Source: a virus (Duplodnaviria; Heunggongvirae; Uroviricota; Caudoviricetes). Taken from it: DNA of 26,780 bases. The translations under genes were made by a program, and so were the position numbers. Shown piece after piece: positions 25,241 to 26,780 of this stretch. The notes below the pieces were generated by a model. It was not told the origin of the DNA, made no database searches, and saw only the letters and a program-made list of their open reading frames with translations. The number at the start of each line of letters is the position of its first letter. Position 1 is the first letter of the stretch. Where the stretch lies: the IMG/VR virus record IMGVR_UViG_2713897161_000007. One strand, given 5' to 3'.

Positions 25241-25710
25241 ACCGATACACTCTATTACTAACCAATCATAGCCCACATCATAAAATCGAGATGAGGAGTA
25301 CAATACCTTTAACAAGAAGGTGTCATAACGATAATATGTCGTGCAATTCATCAAAAAAAAGATCTATATCAAAGAGATAGAACTCTTATCAGCGCTTCAG
25401 ACATCGGCATTCGAGGCAGCAGAAAAACAGTAAATCTGACGAATTTGCCTTTTCCCAAGATGTTGTCAGATTAAAAAGATAGATTAGCGCAGGTACCTGT
25501 TGGTGGATTGCAGGAGGAAAAATGAAGTCGAGTGAAAAAATCCCAGAAAAATTTTTGTTTAACAGAGGTCCTGGTTCACTATGCGAAATACGGAGGAGCT
25601 GCAGAAGAATTCTGCTTCATCCTTAGAGTTTAAACAGCACGTGCACTACCATTGTTTCTGCATATCGCCACACCATCGCCACTCTACCGCCATTGCACAA
25701 AATACAAATA

Positions 25711-25734
25711 CGAAAAAACCACCCGAAGGTGGTT
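25711..25734 (-). terminator. Rho-independent terminator of the glyW-cysT-leuZ tRNA operon
   Basis: Minus-strand reading AACCACC-TTCG-GGTGGTT followed by TTTTTT, 45 nt downstream of the tRNA-Leu 3' end. Confidence 0.6.
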
Positions 25735-25778
25735 TCACGACACTGCTTATTGCTTTGATTTTATTCTTATCTTTCCCA

Positions 25779-25865
25779 TGGTACCCGGAGCGGGACTTGA
25801 ACCCGCACAGCGCGAACGCCGAGGGATTTTAAATCCCTTGTGTCTACCGATTCCACCATCCGGGC
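25779..25865 (-). tRNA. leuZ: tRNA-Leu (anticodon UAA)
   Basis: 87-nt minus-strand sequence GCCCGGATGG...ends CCGGGTACCA; anticodon loop TTTAAAA gives UAA. Matches E. coli leuZ as remembered. Confidence 0.95.
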
Positions 25866-25877
25866 TCGGGAAGAAAG

Positions 25878-25951
25878 TGGAGGCGCGTTCCGGAGTCGAA
25901 CCGGACTAGACGGATTTGCAATCCGCTACATAACCGCTTTGTTAACGCGCC
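25878..25951 (-). tRNA. cysT: tRNA-Cys (anticodon GCA)
   Basis: 74-nt minus-strand sequence GGCGCGTTAACAAAGCGG...CGCCTCCA; anticodon GCA. Confidence 0.95.
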
Positions 25952-26004
25952 AAATTCTTCAGGCCTTTCAGCCAGACATCCGCTGACGCCGATGTCTTTT
26001 AAAC

Positions 26005-26080
<76 letters not shown>

Positions 26081-26231
26081 ATTCATCAAGCAATCAGTTA
26101 ATCACTTGATTTTATTATCGTCTGGCAATCAGTGCCGCCGTTCGATGCGTTGCATTCTACTTACCTGGCGCGATGAGTCAACGATATTTTTCACCACTTT
26201 TGATCGTTTGCTGAAAATTGCGCCGAAACGA

Positions 26232-26780
26232 TCACTGATCAAGCAAATCTGCACGCGCAGCGCTCAAATATTGCAACATTGACCACAGAGTCAGTACCGC
26301 AGCCACAAAGAAAAGTGCAATACCGGCGTACTCAACCCAAATGTTCGGACGCCACAGCAGCCAGGCCAACGCCACCATCTGGGCAGTGGTTTTCACTTTC
26401 CCAATCCAGGAGACAGCCACGCTACTGCGTTTACCCAACTCCGCCATCCATTCGCGTAGCGCAGAAATAATAATTTCACGGGCGATCATCGTTGCCGCCG
26501 GTAAGGTCACCCACCAGCTGTGATAATGCTCGGTTACCAGCACCATGGCGATAGCCACGAGAACTTTATCTGCTACAGGGTCAAGGAAAGCACCAAACCG
26601 GGTACTCTGGTTCCAGCGGCGTGCCAGAAAACCATCGAACCAGTCAGTTACCGCCGCGACGCAGAAAATGAGCGCGGCGGCAAACGGCGACCAGGTGACA
26701 GGCAGATAAAAGACCAATACAAAGAATGGGATAAGGATGACACGGAACAGTGTAAGCAACGTAGGGATATTAAATTGCAT
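26232..26780 (-). CDS. pgsA: CDP-diacylglycerol--glycerol-3-phosphate 3-phosphatidyltransferase
   Basis: 182-aa multi-TM ORF with CDP-alcohol phosphotransferase motif ([27 protein letters not shown]). Conserved pgsA-glyW-cysT-leuZ arrangement of E. coli. Confidence 0.95.

Noticed and set aside
25581-25909. Plus-strand ORFs of 83 and 85 aa (25581-25832, 25652-25909)
   Set aside because: They run across the leuZ terminator and the tRNA-Leu/tRNA-Cys genes on the opposite strand; artefacts of the six-frame scan.

Overview
This window is a rearranged, defective P2-family prophage of about 24-25 kb, lying next to the chromosomal glyW-cysT-leuZ tRNA cluster and pgsA. Reading left to right: integrase (1-1002, -), two cargo genes and an HTH repressor in a leftward lysogenic operon (1008-2455), a rightward early operon of small ORFs ending in the rolling-circle initiator A (4982-7822), a ParM/ParR partition-like module plus an 89-aa gene in the A-to-cos slot (7899-9808), portal Q and terminase P (-), scaffold gene O (+) interrupted by an in-frame TAG, a chimeric ORF joining a capsid N-terminus to a tail-fibre-assembly C-terminus, an AT-rich acetyltransferase, the tail block FI-FII-E/E'-T-U on the minus strand, D on the plus strand, an AT-rich SEC-C-motif gene, ogr, a Hok-family toxin, then three tRNAs and pgsA. 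The prophage appears inactivated by at least three lesions (deletion of the N-to-G structural/lysis genes, an amber codon in O, inversion of the FI-U block relative to D). I could not assign any cargo gene to a known defence family from sequence alone. The best candidates for an undescribed system are the two genes inserted between repressor and integrase, the SEC-C protein between D and ogr, and the ParMR-plus-89-aa locus in the A-cos slot. All homology calls come from reading the ORF translations and remembered family signatures; no database search was run.
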